Assembly (NCBI GenBank): GCA_040954595.2
Contig: CM082582.2
Span: forward strand, 3,456,303-3,520,302
DNA: 64,000 bases
Origin: Balanoglossus misakiensis
Lineage: Eukaryota; Animalia; Hemichordata
Direction: 5' to 3'
Positions 13,314 through 26,213 of this stretch are shown here, piece after piece. Position 1 is the first letter of the stretch; every line of letters starts with the position of its first letter. Made by a program: the position numbers and the translations under genes. The notes beneath the pieces were generated by a model. The model saw only the letters and a list, made by a program, of their open reading frames with translations, did not search any database and had not been told where the DNA came from.

Positions 13314-14121
13314 GCACTACCCCAGTTGCCAGTGTGCGAATGCACCCTATGGTCACAGGTAGCGTTTTGTCCAAATAAATGAGCCAATATCAAAATGGAA
13401 ATAAGTACCTCGGAATGCGTTGAAAATGGTTTAGAGACAAAGCGGTAGAGTTGTCTGCATATTGTGCTGATATCTCAAAACTTTTTGCGATTTTCGAAGT
13501 TAGCATTTTATAGGGAGATTTTCCCAATTTTGGTCAACAAAGTTTCAACTGAGAATCATTTGTGCAATTGCTTTGGAATTTGCTTGGCAGATTGCAGTTT
13601 GGGCCATTTTCTTCTCAGAATCTTCGTCGATTGCCAGGAAAGTGTACTCAAAATAAGCTTGGTACAATTTATTGTCATCAATGACAAAATGAGAGAATTC
13701 GAACGGTAACGTTGACGATATGGAAGCATTTTGTGGCGCCAAAAGTTGTTTCCGAGTGAGTTGAATCTTGTTTGGACATACTTTTTTACACAAGGTTTAC
13801 TACTGTGGTAATCTTTTGTTTGTTTCAGAGAATGATGGATGCCTACCGCAGCCAGGCTTGACCTTAATAAGGGCATTTAAATTAGGTGTTGTTTTCGATG
13901 TTGTTTATTGTTTTGTTGGTTCAGGCATGGAGGTACCAAGTGGTTTATGGGACTGAGGCAGTATAGCAAGGGTTTCTTTGGTATTTTTTAACTTATGGCA
14001 TGATAATTATATGAAAATGGGTGAAGCTGCAGGTTCCAACTGGTCTGCATTTATAGATATTTAAAATATTATAAAAATTGATTGAAAAGAAATTGCGTGT
14101 TTGGCTTATTTCAGATGTTCC

Positions 14122-14398
14122 GAATGAATGAATGAATGAATGAATGAATGAATGAATGAATGAATGAATGAATGAATGAATGAATGAATGAATGAATGAA
14201 TGAATGAATGAATGAATGAATGAATGAATGAATGAATGAAGGAGTGAGTGAGTGAGTGAGTGAGTGAGTGAGTGAGTGAGTGAGTGAGTGAGTGAATGAA
14301 TGAATGAATGAATGAATGAATGAATGAATGAATGAATGAATGAATGAATGAATGAATGAATGAATGAATGAATGAATGAATGAATGAATGAATGAATG
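14122..14398. repeat. Compound (GAAT)n-(GAGT)n-(GAAT)n microsatellite
   Basis: Seen directly. Confidence 0.98.
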
Positions 14399-15295
14399 TT
14401 ACATGCAAAGTCGATACATTATAAACGGAATTTTTGTCAATGCACAAAAAATAAGGCCCGAATCACATATTGTCCTAAACATACTAGTACATCTTTCCCA
14501 TCCAATTCTCGGCAGGTTTTGGTGTGAAGAGCATAAATCGGTGTAGAGATGTATCCAAAGTCAATAGCGATAAAATTAGCATGTGGGGTTGAGTGCTTCA
14601 AGAAATTACAACTCCACCAAATATGAGAGAGTGAAGCGTGCTAGTAACCATATTTGTAAACAAACAAACATTTTTGTTTATTATATCAATCAATAACACA
14701 AAACAAACAATCAAACTTCCATCTGCAAACAAGGAGGAAGAGCTCCCTGTGCTCCAATCACGATGTGAAAATCAGTGCTATAAGAATGTATAATTCACAT
14801 CACAGGGATCGGAGTAAACTGACTGACTAGGGACCCTCCCCCTTGGACAAAAGTTCGGAAAATTTGACCTTCCCTCCGATTTCTCCGGCCCACCCCCTCG
14901 TTATAAATGAAAGCTTCCAAATCTGTTCAGGCAAGATTTTTTTCTAGCTATTAATTTCCACAGTAAATTTGGGCTCAGATTTAGAAATGGCCTCGATTAT
15001 GTTTAGAAGCACGTCGAGTTTCGGACGGGGGCTTCTGCGTGGCTGCACAACCTTAGGTCTACCCAAAATTTGCTGAGGTAGCGGGGACCGCGCGCCATTC
15101 GTCAAGCCCTTATAGGCTTATTTGTCGCCGTGTAAATATTTTGTCCAGCCACAGCTATAAATTAATCCTGAAATCTCACTGGCCAACCAGCGTGCAGCGT
15201 GCCATTCTTATCGATTACATTTCCAGTCGGACGATGACCAGTCATGAACCCGAAATTCAATGCCATCGCTGATTATGCGGATATTATAATAATGT

Positions 15296-15323
15296 CACGT
15301 GGGCACCACTTGACCATATATGG
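15296..15323 (+). promoter_or_regulatory. ChoRE-like paired E-boxes plus CArG box upstream of PPP1R3
   Basis: CACGTG-ggcac-CACTTG (15296-15312; two E-boxes, 5-nt spacer) and CCATATATGG (15314-15323), ~170 bp upstream of the ATG. Confidence 0.5.
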
Positions 15324-15480
15324 GTATCACGTCAACAGGCGACATCGACACCATTACACAGATCTGTCTGAGCTCTGGGGTAGTTGATAGGCGACGATCG
15401 TTCTGGAAGCATAGAGAGCAGATTCTCGTTGTACAGTTTGTTGTTGTTCTTGTCTCGTCAGATATACTCGTTATTGAACG

Positions 15481-16284
15481 ATGTTTTATACCAAGGAGAG
15501 ACCAGTCTTGTGCCGTTTTGGGCCCTGTCAGTTCAACGGATCGCCCATAGTTTGCAGAAGCAACTTCGAAGTGGTGAAGCAACCAAGCAGCGGCCATGAT
15601 CCTCCTCGACATGGCGGCGGAACGGATGTGGTGGAAAACATGTCCGTCGAAGATACCAAACCAAGACAGAGAAATCCTTCTGGCAGCTGCCTGAAGAGTC
15701 CAAGAGGGTCTCCACCAAGTTCTCCAGTGCGTAAAGCTGTACGGTTTGCTGACAGCATTGGGATGGAGTTGGAGGCGGTGCGGTTGTTCGAGAAATGTGA
15801 CACAGATTACGAGCTGATCCTACCTGATTCGTTTGTGAGATCCGTGTACAGATCTAGGCGTTTCATGGCTCAGTGTAAAACGAACTGTGTTCCAACCGAC
15901 AAATTCCTCGAACCGTGCTTTCCGATGCCAGACTGTGACATTATGGACATTGTAAGCGAAAGGAAGGTGTGTTTAGAGTCTCACGAAGTGAACGGCTTGT
16001 CGTTGAAAGCTACTGTGCGTGTCGCGAACGTCTCGTACGAGAAATTCGTGAAGGTAAGGTTTACCATCACTGACTGGGCAACACACTACGATTTACCTGC
16101 GCGGTACGTCGAAAGCACTGACGATGGCCTGGCCGATAAATACACTTTCGAAATTTCGTTACCCAAGAACTTTATGATCGGTTGCCGACTTGAATTCGCT
16201 CTTCATTACGAGGTCGGCGGCCAGACTTACTGGGATAACAACTGTGAGGAAAACTATGCATATGAATGTACGTACAGAGACTAG
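15481..16284 (+). CDS. PPP1R3: Protein phosphatase 1 glycogen-targeting regulatory subunit (PPP1R3B/C-like, CBM21 domain)
   Basis: 267-aa ORF with PP1-docking RVxF motif (KAVRFADSIG), VCLE, VRVANVSYEKFVKVR and YWDNNCEENY motifs of CBM21. Start codon uncertain (an upstream exon cannot be excluded). AATAAA at 17515-17520. Confidence 0.92.
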   Translation: MFYTKERPVLCRFGPCQFNGSPIVCRSNFEVVKQPSSGHDPPRHGGGTDVVENMSVEDTKPRQRNPSGSCLKSPRGSPPSSPVRKAVRFADSIGMELEAVRLFEKCDTDYELILPDSFVRSVYRSRRFMAQCKTNCVPTDKFLEPCFPMPDCDIMDIVSERKVCLESHEVNGLSLKATVRVANVSYEKFVKVRFTITDWATHYDLPARYVESTDDGLADKYTFEISLPKNFMIGCRLEFALHYEVGGQTYWDNNCEENYAYECTYRD

Positions 16285-19200
16285 ACACTCGCTGACTCGA
16301 TCGGCGCACAGAACCATGAGCACAAATAAAATGTGCCAAACACAAGACTTAATGGGCGAATTCAAGATTTCCAGAGAGACAGAGCTTGAACTTTAAAGAT
16401 CGGTCAAGTTTTTACCTTACCATGTTGATAAAATGTGGGTACCTGGTCGATGGAAAATTCATAAAAACATGTTAGTTTTTCCTGCACACGTGATCGATTT
16501 TATTGATATGCATGACGTCAAGCTTGCAGATTTCAGTGAAGATTATATAGTATTTACAACGTTATTGTTATTCATGTATCAACAGAATTGTGTTTCAAAC
16601 ACTGTTGCAGATATTGTTCTATAAGATCACCATTTCTTAAACATTTAGCAGACAACCACTGTCATGATTCATTGCTATGTACGTACGTGCGAAATTGCAT
16701 CAGCTAGGCCTAATCTGCATGCCAAAATGGTTGCATATGATATGCAAATTTTGTGGTTTGGGCGCAACGCTATGGTACTGTGACCACAAACAGGACGTAC
16801 TCGTAAACCGCAAATTCGTGGAAGTTGTCATTTTATCGATTTAGATATCACAAGTTGTCTTGCTTAGGTTGGTGAACAAGGTAAAAAAATCTAGTTATTT
16901 ACAATGAATTAGGGTTATTTCAAGCAGGAAACCTGACGATCGTTTGGACATGCCATGCCATGTTTCAAAGAAGCCAGAATTGTTTTCAAATTGAACAAAA
17001 TTTAGCTCAAAAGCCTCAATGATTTTGTTATCTTTTTATGTTTGTATTCTTTCAAGTGACTTTCTTTTTCATTGCATTTATCAAGGTATTGAAATTGCAA
17101 ACGGAAAACATTGACCACGTGACCAGATGAATCCCTGGCATAGTTTGACTATCAGTCAGTCTGAGGATTTCGGATCTGGTTTCACGGCAGTGTTTTTCGT
17201 TTCTTACTTTGTTTATAAAGTCCAAAAGAATAGAGAAAGTGTGTTTCACAGTGCTATACCTACAAAATATAGGAGTTATTATGCCCCTAAACTACAAGTA
17301 CTTGTACAATAATCACAGTAAAATTTAAAAACATTGCTAAAAAATATTCTCCAAATATATAATGTATTTTAGGGAGAACTTCATAGTTGACTTGTTAACT
17401 GTCTAAGAAAACTGTGATATTTCACGTGTGTAAACATGAGATATGAAATTGTACTTGTCATTGATATTGTTATATTGTTTCATACATTTTCACAATAATA
17501 TTCGTTATTAGTGGAATAAAAACAACATGGAAAAGTAATGTATTTGTGGCAGCCTCATGTGTGAGTATTTTCATCAGTTTGAGTGTGTGGTTGTAATGGA
17601 GACATCAGGGTGCAGGGAAATCTGTGACAAAGCACATTGACATCTGATTAACTCAAGATTCCTGAACAAATTAAAGATTAGTCAGGAGGTGCAGCTTAAT
17701 CACAACGAATGTGGTCAATTAAAATGTGAGTCCTGATCTATATTGCTGACACAACCAAATCTGTGGTCCTGGAAAATACCAGTTTGCAGTCTGTACCAAG
17801 TAAACCATTCCTGTGTGGGGGAACACATCCACCACAATCTGGGGTTTGTCTGATCACAAATACCACCCTTTGTCCCCTGTCACTGAAAGAAGCATGACAA
17901 AGTCCTTTGGAAGTCGACCTGTTAGGCTGGTAAACATGTTATGATAAGCGTTTGGCTATAGTGACATGTATTTAGGGCATATCAAGTGAACTGTTATTGA
18001 GTTCATGCCCTCAATAGCAGCAGCTCACGCAATGTGACCTAAATACATTCATAATGGCAATGAATACTGGCATTGCTCCTCACCCCTCTAAGTAGTGGCC
18101 TAATTCCTTATCAAAAGGGCTGACTTAAATACTTAGCACTATTTTAGCACTATTTGCATATTTGTAAAATGTAAAATAGAAGCTGTTCTGATGGACCAGA
18201 AATATCTTTATGTAGGTATGTCTGCCTGTCAGTGTCAGTCCCTGTGTGTGTTTGTGTCTGTGTGTTAATCTGGTTGGAGAGCCCAGAAATTAAGCCTAAG
18301 TGTAAAGGTGGCACAGATTGTTTGATTGAAAAGGGTTCAATTTATCGCAAATACGTCAAGGCCCGTCTCCCTGGAAGCATGAATAATTAATCAGGGCCAT
18401 GAATATTTATATCTGGATATGCGCATGCGTATAACATATTGCTGTTTGGTGTGAGTGTATGTTCTGACAGTCATTTCAGAAGTACACTCAGTAAAATTTA
18501 AATATTGTTAATTTCCAGATTTTTATGTGTTGTATGTATATCAGTGGATTTTTAAAACAAAAACAAAAAGAGGGTGTTACCATCTTGCTTCAGGTAGAGG
18601 GTCTAAACTATTGTGTAAAATGCTGAGTCAGCACTTTACTGCACTCCCCATGCTGCAGTTTTCCAATGGTAAAATATCTGCACAGTTATACTGTACTGTT
18701 CTGGCAATATTAATCTGGTTAGGGGTCCGAAGTATTGGTGCCTATGATGACTGAAATTCAACGACTCAATGTGCCTCCAGATCTCTCAACAAGAAAGTAC
18801 CATGAGTTGCTACTTTGGGGGAAATTATCATGTCATTTATATACAAGAAATATAAACCCTAAGAATGAGTGCACATGCAACTTTGAACCAGATAAATTAT
18901 AAAGCTTTGCTGCAAAGGAATATGAAACTTCATAAACAAGGCATGATCTTATCCACTCGAAAATATGCATACATGGAAGTAGATGTACTCCACTTAGACA
19001 TCACAACATCACATTTTCATTTTTCATTGCAATATTTGACTTTTTTAAATTGCAGAAATGTGTGACTGCACTGATATGTCTCATTTTAGTCCATTTTGTC
19101 ATTTAAGTGTTTTACTGATATACTGTCAAGCAACATGGTAAGACAGAATTTAAAGCATATTCGAGATTATTTAAAACTTTTTCTAATGAGTTGCAGCTCA

Positions 19201-20481
19201 TGGGTGGGGGCCTTCTCTAAATTGGAAATATTGTCATTTTTCTGATCTATTGGGTTGTTCCCGGTCCAATCCTATCAAAAAACCATCATTTTCTCAAAAT
19301 GTTACATACAAGTACACCTTTAAAGCTATGGACCGTGATAAGCAAACACTACTTCTGCCACTGGGTTGTGTCCCTGAGTTCTTCCAACAAAGAAGATGCA
19401 CACAGCACTCACCATGCTATAGTTTTCCAATAAAGTCAAACATCTGAAAAGCTATATCATCTGATCATTTGAGTTACAAAGAGACATTGGGACATCGATG
19501 TCGGTTTAGACGTCCTGTTGATCCCGGCCGTCTGTTTGAAAAAAACCCGGCAAATCCCGCCTTTAATTTAATCAACATTTTGTCTTCTAAATATTGTTAC
19601 ATGTACTGGAAATGGATACTCAGAGGGCGACCTAATTTTCACAATAATCATACTAAACATCGTTTTCTAATAAATGACAAAATCGCTCTTTAAAAATTTC
19701 ATCGGCTATTGTGAATAAAAAGAACGTGACAAGGTTCTCTTTTCTTTGTGCGTACGGCAGCCAGACTACCTATCCAGGGACGAACCTCCGTTGTCCAGGG
19801 CACCAATGACGTAATGCCTGTAGTGTATTGTCATTGACGCGTGCCAGAGTCATCATCTCCGCGAGAGAGAGACTCTGGCATTTATGATTGGGTTACTGAA
19901 TTATTCATGAGTCGGCGGAATTAGCCATTCACCGTACCAGTATCGTCGTATAGCGTATCACCGTCACTCCATGAGTGTATATAGTATGTGAACTCGGCCA
20001 GTTATAATAACGAACAGTTTAAAAATGTGTTCATATGGTTATTAGCTATTGCTGTACGCAGTAAAAAGGACGCTTCTATTTAGCCTAGCCGCCGCACAAA
20101 AAGATAACTTTTAGAAAATCCTGAAAGTACGTTATTCCAATCAGTTTGGATGATGATAGCATGTCGTGATATGATGGGATGTAAAGCCACCGCCGCCCAT
20201 GTGCGCGCGTAAGTGTAGTGTGACGCGCACTATAGCCTGCATCGTCGATCGTTTTCTTTACAAGTTCATGATGATGTGTAATTATGAATTTTGGGAAAAT
20301 TTAAGACCGAAGCTGCGTGGTTATTCGACAATGTTCGTCTTCTTTACAGTATCTTCGCCCCATGATCCTCATCCTTCTTTACACGTTGAATCAGGCTACA
20401 GTCAGTGTGATTCCTGTGCCTATGCTTGAAGGCACAAAAAAGCTCAGCAAGGCGTGTGCGAATATGAATATTCATGATTAA

Positions 20482-20655
20482 AGGTATACGGTCACCTATA
20501 CAAATTTAGCCACAGTTACCATGGTAAATCGAGATCTAACCAATCACAGATTTTCAGTGGGTGGCACACGCGAAAATAAAGCGTTCTTTAGAACACTCAA
20601 ATACGCCATTTCAACTATATATGGCGATATGTAAATTGGAGGTGACCGTATACCT
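20482..20655. mobile_element. TTAA-flanked MITE, family K (Kolobok-like), copy 1
   Basis: TIR AGGTATACGGTCACCT / AGGTGACCGTATACCT; TTAA at 20478-20481 and 20656-20659; homologous copy at 56830-57040. Confidence 0.8.
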
Positions 20656-21397
20656 TTAATTCGCATATAGGCCTATACTGATATAAAATTTGGTAGGTTT
20701 GGGCAAAAACGGCTTTCTTTGAAACAGCTTGTCAGATTTCTCTGAAATTTGGTCTCAAAATTTCTCTCGAACATGCAAATTAGTCCGTTTACTTCCAGTG
20801 ACTGGCGTATTAAATTTGTTTCGTCCAAGAAAATAAGATATTTTCTAACCCGTCAAAATCAAGTTGAAGTCATATCATGACACTTGTGTCTCCGGGCAAT
20901 TTCCGTCCTTTTATGTCCAAGGTGTTATGATGAACTTTTTGCTAGCTCTTGGGGTTATTTTGGCGTCGGTATTTTCATGTAATTCTATGGGCTCCGGCGG
21001 AAAGCTATGACTGTTTCGCCTACAATGGGTTTGACTTTCGACATCCCTTTCCAGCATAGACACTCGTTTGTTGAGGTTACGTTTTGTCCTGTTAATTATT
21101 TCTTTGTTTTCTTCCTCTAGTCAAGAAAGTCTGGCTTTTGGGTCTTCATCAAGTACGTTTAAGAAATCCGCGCTGGTGGCTTTGCAATAATGAAGTAATG
21201 CAGCCGGCCCACCTTTGAGTCTCTCTTGCATGATAACGGCAACATGTGATGATCTAGGCTATTACCCTTGCATGTGGTCTTGGTTTTTTGTCAGAATTCT
21301 GAGGATTTTGATGGAAAAAAACTTCGTTTTCTTTTTACACTGGAAGAGATCGCATTGGTTACATCATACCCAAGATCCCAACACTGACGCCTGACCC

Positions 21398-21878
21398 GGG
21401 GCGCCTGACGAATACATGAGAAGTCGGCCAGATTAGAAGTCGGCCAGTTCGCGCGTATGAGAAGTCGGCCAGCACGAGAAGTCGGCCAGTTGTTGAACTT
21501 GTAATTGCACTAAATTTTTTCATTTGGACGGATTTCCCACATTCTTGACATCACAATGGCGTCATTTCAAATAATGGCGTCAGGCGTCCGTACCGGTTCC
21601 CCGGCCCCGTATCCGCGTAAGGAGCTTAGGTTGTTCGCCAAATTCCTGCGATATTTCTGATGAATACATGAGAAGTCGGCCAGATTACAAGTCGGCCAGT
21701 ACGCGCGTATGAGAAGTCGGCCAGTTGTTGAACTTGTACCCGAATAGTGCAGTAATGACCCAGATTACTTATAACAACACTTAACATTTCGTAGTAAAAC
21801 AGTTATATATAACACAAAGTACCAACGGTTCTCTCTCACAGGCCGACTTCTCGTACTGGCCGACTTCTCAGGACACCC
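21398..21878. mobile_element. Non-autonomous element with reiterated AAGTCGGCCA motifs (MULE-like)
   Basis: Imperfect termini GGGGCGCCTGA / TCAGGACACCC; flanks GCCTGACCC / GCCTGACCG; seven forward AAGTCGGCCA motifs (21421-21723) and two inverted ones (21840-21869); block 21411-21502 is partly repeated at 21662-21738. Confidence 0.6.
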
Positions 21879-24800
21879 GCCTGACCGGTCCACGGCGACG
21901 GATGACGTGTGTCCATGGACTCGTAGTCCTGTGCAGCGCCCTCATTAGGCAAGCAACGAGTCTTGGGAGGGGCCAGGGCCGCACGCGCGCCACCGTCTAC
22001 TACTCTACTAGTATATTGGACCAAGGACCACAGTCGCTTGGGAATTGTTACACGCGGCGGTTGCTCCTATGACTTAGTCAACAAATCAGCATCGATACCA
22101 GCCATTCTAGATGCCAAAATTCATACCTGCTATATCCAGTCTGCCAATAATGATCTTCTGTGTGTTTGGGAACGATTTCTGAGAGGGAACACGGAGATTA
22201 GGCTAAGTCACACTCATCGGCGCGGCGTGTAACAATCCCCAGGGAAGTTTGACTACCCAAACGCAGTGCATGGTTACCTTTTTTCCATAGCCTTAGATCA
22301 GGAGGGGCAGTGCTTATATGTAGAAATTTGAGAAGGACTGTTACAATAACGTCATTTTATTGAAATTCACAAAAAGTGCCAAAAGAGAAGCTTTATTAAA
22401 TTTTTTAAAGAAAACACTGTACCCGCACTTGAATTAAGATATTTTCACCATACGAAAACTATAGCATAAGGAGGGAAAGAAAACTGCTGACTCAGCATTT
22501 TCCACTGTATTTTAGGCCCCGCAACTGAAATAAGATAGGATGGGAACACCCCAATTGATGTATCTATGTATCTTCTATTTCTCACTTCCTCTTTCAGTTT
22601 TCAGAGTACATGTACATGTACTTGAATTAATTTATGTATATTGTATTTTTTGAGACTTTGTATAACCCTTTTTCCCCCGGCCACGGGATGATGTGTGTTG
22701 ATAAAGTACATATACAGAACACTACAGTACAGTACATTCTTTAAAAATACAAATTATATTAGTGTAATAGCGCCAGAAATACATTGTCGTGATTGTATGA
22801 GAACCTGTTTTAATTTATGCGAGCCATGGCCTTGAAAAGCAATAAAGCATTATTATAGCATGATGTTGACCCCAGAATATGAAATATACAACTTAAATAA
22901 CTTAAGCAGGCGAAGACGATAATAATGTCGTGAATTGTGCTATATATCTGGTGGTATACTCGCCTTTGGCATAGGGCGGTTTATGAAGTGCGCCCTCTAC
23001 AGACAAGTTTAATTTCTTTTCAGGATCCAAACACCCCACATCTACCAAACAAATCCGTGAAAGTAGCTCCAATCCTTCTAATGGTCGGACACTTCATATA
23101 ACATACGCTAAAAGACCCCCCCCCTTTTATTATTTTCCAGTTTTACTAGAATAAAAGTGAAATTCAACATGACCATCAATCATTTATTAAATTATCACAA
23201 AAAATGGCAGTAAGAGGAGCAATAACCTTCAGTGATTTCACAGCTCATTTAACTCCTTTATTCAATAAATTGAAAATCCTAGATGTTTATAAATTACACA
23301 AGCTTCAGGTATGCTCCTAGCCCCTTCATGTATGATCTAATAAACAATAATCTTCTATAAAGGCTAACAACTTCTCCATGATTACAGTACATGCCATAGA
23401 AACGAAGGTAATCTCCATATTTCACATGTAAATACAACAATGGGTAAATTTGTAATATCTTACACTGACCCTCTTTTATGGAACTCATACAAATAAAACC
23501 CAAACAATCTCAAAAATCTTTTCAGTACTCCCTCAGACAGCTATATTTAGATACCAGTAACTAAATTATATATTGCAGTCTGCATGGATTAAGAACCTAA
23601 TTATTGATTCATTTATTTATCTATGTAATGTCTTATTGTTATTATTTGTGTATTTTATGAACTAAGTACTTAAAATCTATTTGTTTATGTATGTAATTGT
23701 CTTTACAAGCCTGATGGTTTTTATCAGAGACACACTGTCGGGGAACAGACTAGACTACTAGCACTTGCTATTTTCTGTTCCAAATTACCCTTTCATTCAA
23801 ACTGATATTTATTTATGAGCTATGTAAATATTTTTCAACAAAGGGTAATAAATTGAATTGAATATTGAATACCTTGTTCTCACAACAAAATTCTGATTTT
23901 CAACACTGCCTGTAAACTGTATGTGCAATGGTCATTGTTATTGTCAACAAATGAATTCTTGGCCAGACTTTCAAACAACTTTCAACAAAATGCTGATTAC
24001 ATGTATACTGGTATAGGTTGTAGCTAAATACTTATATAGTGTAGAGATTCAAACAACTGTATTTGATACACAGAACAAAAAACTGAAAATAATGACCAAA
24101 GTTGCACCTAATGGAGGCAAATCTGCCTTTGATTTTTCTTTCAATTTTTGATGATGGAAAAAAGTGGATATTCCTGTTCATCATTAATGTGGTAAAAACT
24201 TATTCCTACTGTTTAGCATAGCCACAGTTTAGGTGAAATTTAGTTGAGATGGCAAAGTACATCACCTAGTTATAAAATCATTTGGCTTTCGAGTCACGAG
24301 CAACTGTTTTGTCCATCACTTCAGTAATACACAAAACATCAATTTTGGCAACTATTTTGGTTAATACCAGTACAAGCCTCTACATGTACTCATGAAGGTT
24401 CAATGGGGTTAAGCTTCATGTGCTGTGCCTGGAAGGTGCTCAAAATGCAGATACATGTAGTTGCTTCCTGTATGAAGATATTCCCTAACTTTTTGCTTTG
24501 AATGTTTTACGCCCCCCCCCCCCAAGATCCAATGAACCGTCCCTGAACATGACCCCTTTTCCCAATTTTTTGAGGAGATTTACCATGAGTAAATACCTAA
24601 AGCATGCGAGCAATGGTGTTTTATATAGTCAGCTGATAAAGTCTTTACTTTTGCTACAATTTTGCTGCAACCGGAGACTGTCGATGTACTGTAATGGCAG
24701 AGTGTAATAGTGAGTGTGACATTGTCATCAATTTGTCATTTGAAGGATCTACAGCCCGATTAGTTTAATTATTGACCAGTCACTGTTTGCAAAAAGTGGG

Positions 24801-26005
24801 TCTGTGCTTTGATTGGCTGAAGGCTGTCAGCCTCTCTAACACGCAGTTGCTTGGGAATTGAATTGTATACACTGTGATATCGCGCCTATGATGTCAATTC
24901 CCAACTCGACTGTGCTCTAACACTGAATCGAAAATTGCAATTCATTACTGTATAGCTGAGTGTTCCATATTTTCGTCTGTTCTTATTGAAGATAGAGGAC
25001 ACAAGTATGTGCCCAAAGACCTAATTAAAAAGAAGCACCCTTTTTGCTTGACATCAAAGTGGTGCAGAAAGGGGTGAACACAATTTACACTATCTTATCG
25101 GTTACACTGGCTGTAATCAACAACAGCTGTAAGGTGTCACATCACATGGATGCAGCTGGCCACAAATGGTGATTTGGAAATAGTTAAATAAAAATGGGTC
25201 ATAATAAGGCATCTTGTTTTATTCTTTTCAAACTGAAAATAGCTCAAGTTCTTTTTAATCACATGTCATATGAAGAATCAGAACACCAGAAGGGTTGGAT
25301 GCAACTTAATTGTCACAGATGCAAACAGGTCCATCACCACAGATCTACATTTTGGTTTTGAACAATGCAATGCAACTGGTTCAATCAAAGTATCTGGTGC
25401 ACTGGCATATTCATTGACGGAACATTTAAAGAGTGGTGTATGGCCAACAAAATTGCCAAATATTACTCCATGCTCAGTGCGGCAGCTCTGAATAATTTGA
25501 ACTGTACATTTTCGAACCAGCCCTTGCTAAACTTGGTACATGTATTAGACTCTCACAGCCCACGGCTACAAGGCTCTTCACTGATGCGCCCTCAACCGTT
25601 TAGCAAAGGAGAAGCCCCATATGGTGTTGTTAGCCGGGCACACATGCAATCAGTCCATAAGCCTGCATGGACGACGAGAGGGGCTGTGAGAGAGTCTAAA
25701 CTTGGTATATGCAAGAACGAGTGCTCAGACTGCAAAGCTTCATTCAGTGTTGTGTGTATCTGTAGAATTAGTCTAAATACACTTGGAGGGTACACTCCAC
25801 CTTGGTACCCCTTTCATGCTCTGCCAGGACATGTCATTGAATACAACACAGTGTAGGTTATTACCCCAGAATATAGACCTATCATTCACTCCAACAATTT
25901 TTTCAGTGTTGTAAATAAACTCTTGCAACAAGCAGTCGAAGCGCCATGCTGCACCTGATAGTTTATTTTGTGATACGAATTCACCTATCGGGTCTACAAG
26001 ATATA

Positions 26006-26213
26006 CTGTAAAACACTTTATTTTCGCGAGCAATTAATTTTCGCCAAATACGCGAGAGCCAAAATAGCGTGAAATTAAAAAGTCGCGTAAATTGTTTTTG
26101 AAGATAACGATGCAGTGAATGAAATAAGAGAACGCGAAAATTAATACTCGCGAAACAGTGGTCTCTCTCGATATCGCGAAAAATTGAACTCGCGAAAATA
26201 AAGTGTTTTACAG
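26006..26213. mobile_element. TA-flanked MITE (Tc1/mariner-type)
   Basis: TIR CTGTAAAACACTTTATTTTCGCGAG / CTCGCGAAAATAAAGTGTTTTACAG; TA on both sides; internal CGCGAAA repeats. Confidence 0.8.

Noticed and set aside
13400-14080. Overlapping 60-106 aa ORFs, possibly old retroelement coding sequence
   Set aside because: No motif I could identify with confidence.
14106-14447. FIHS-repeat ORF (also poly-V/T at 58151-58412 and YI repeat at 61926-62168)
   Set aside because: Microsatellite translations.
21409-21740. AAGTCGGCCA array as CRISPR-like repeats
   Set aside because: Spacing is short and irregular and the spacers are themselves duplicated.
25250-25940. Possible decayed LINE reverse transcriptase on the minus strand (GYQGGVYPPSVFRLIL resembles G..QG..LSP.LF)
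   Set aside because: Only one weak motif and no YADD/FADD found; needs a translated repeat search.
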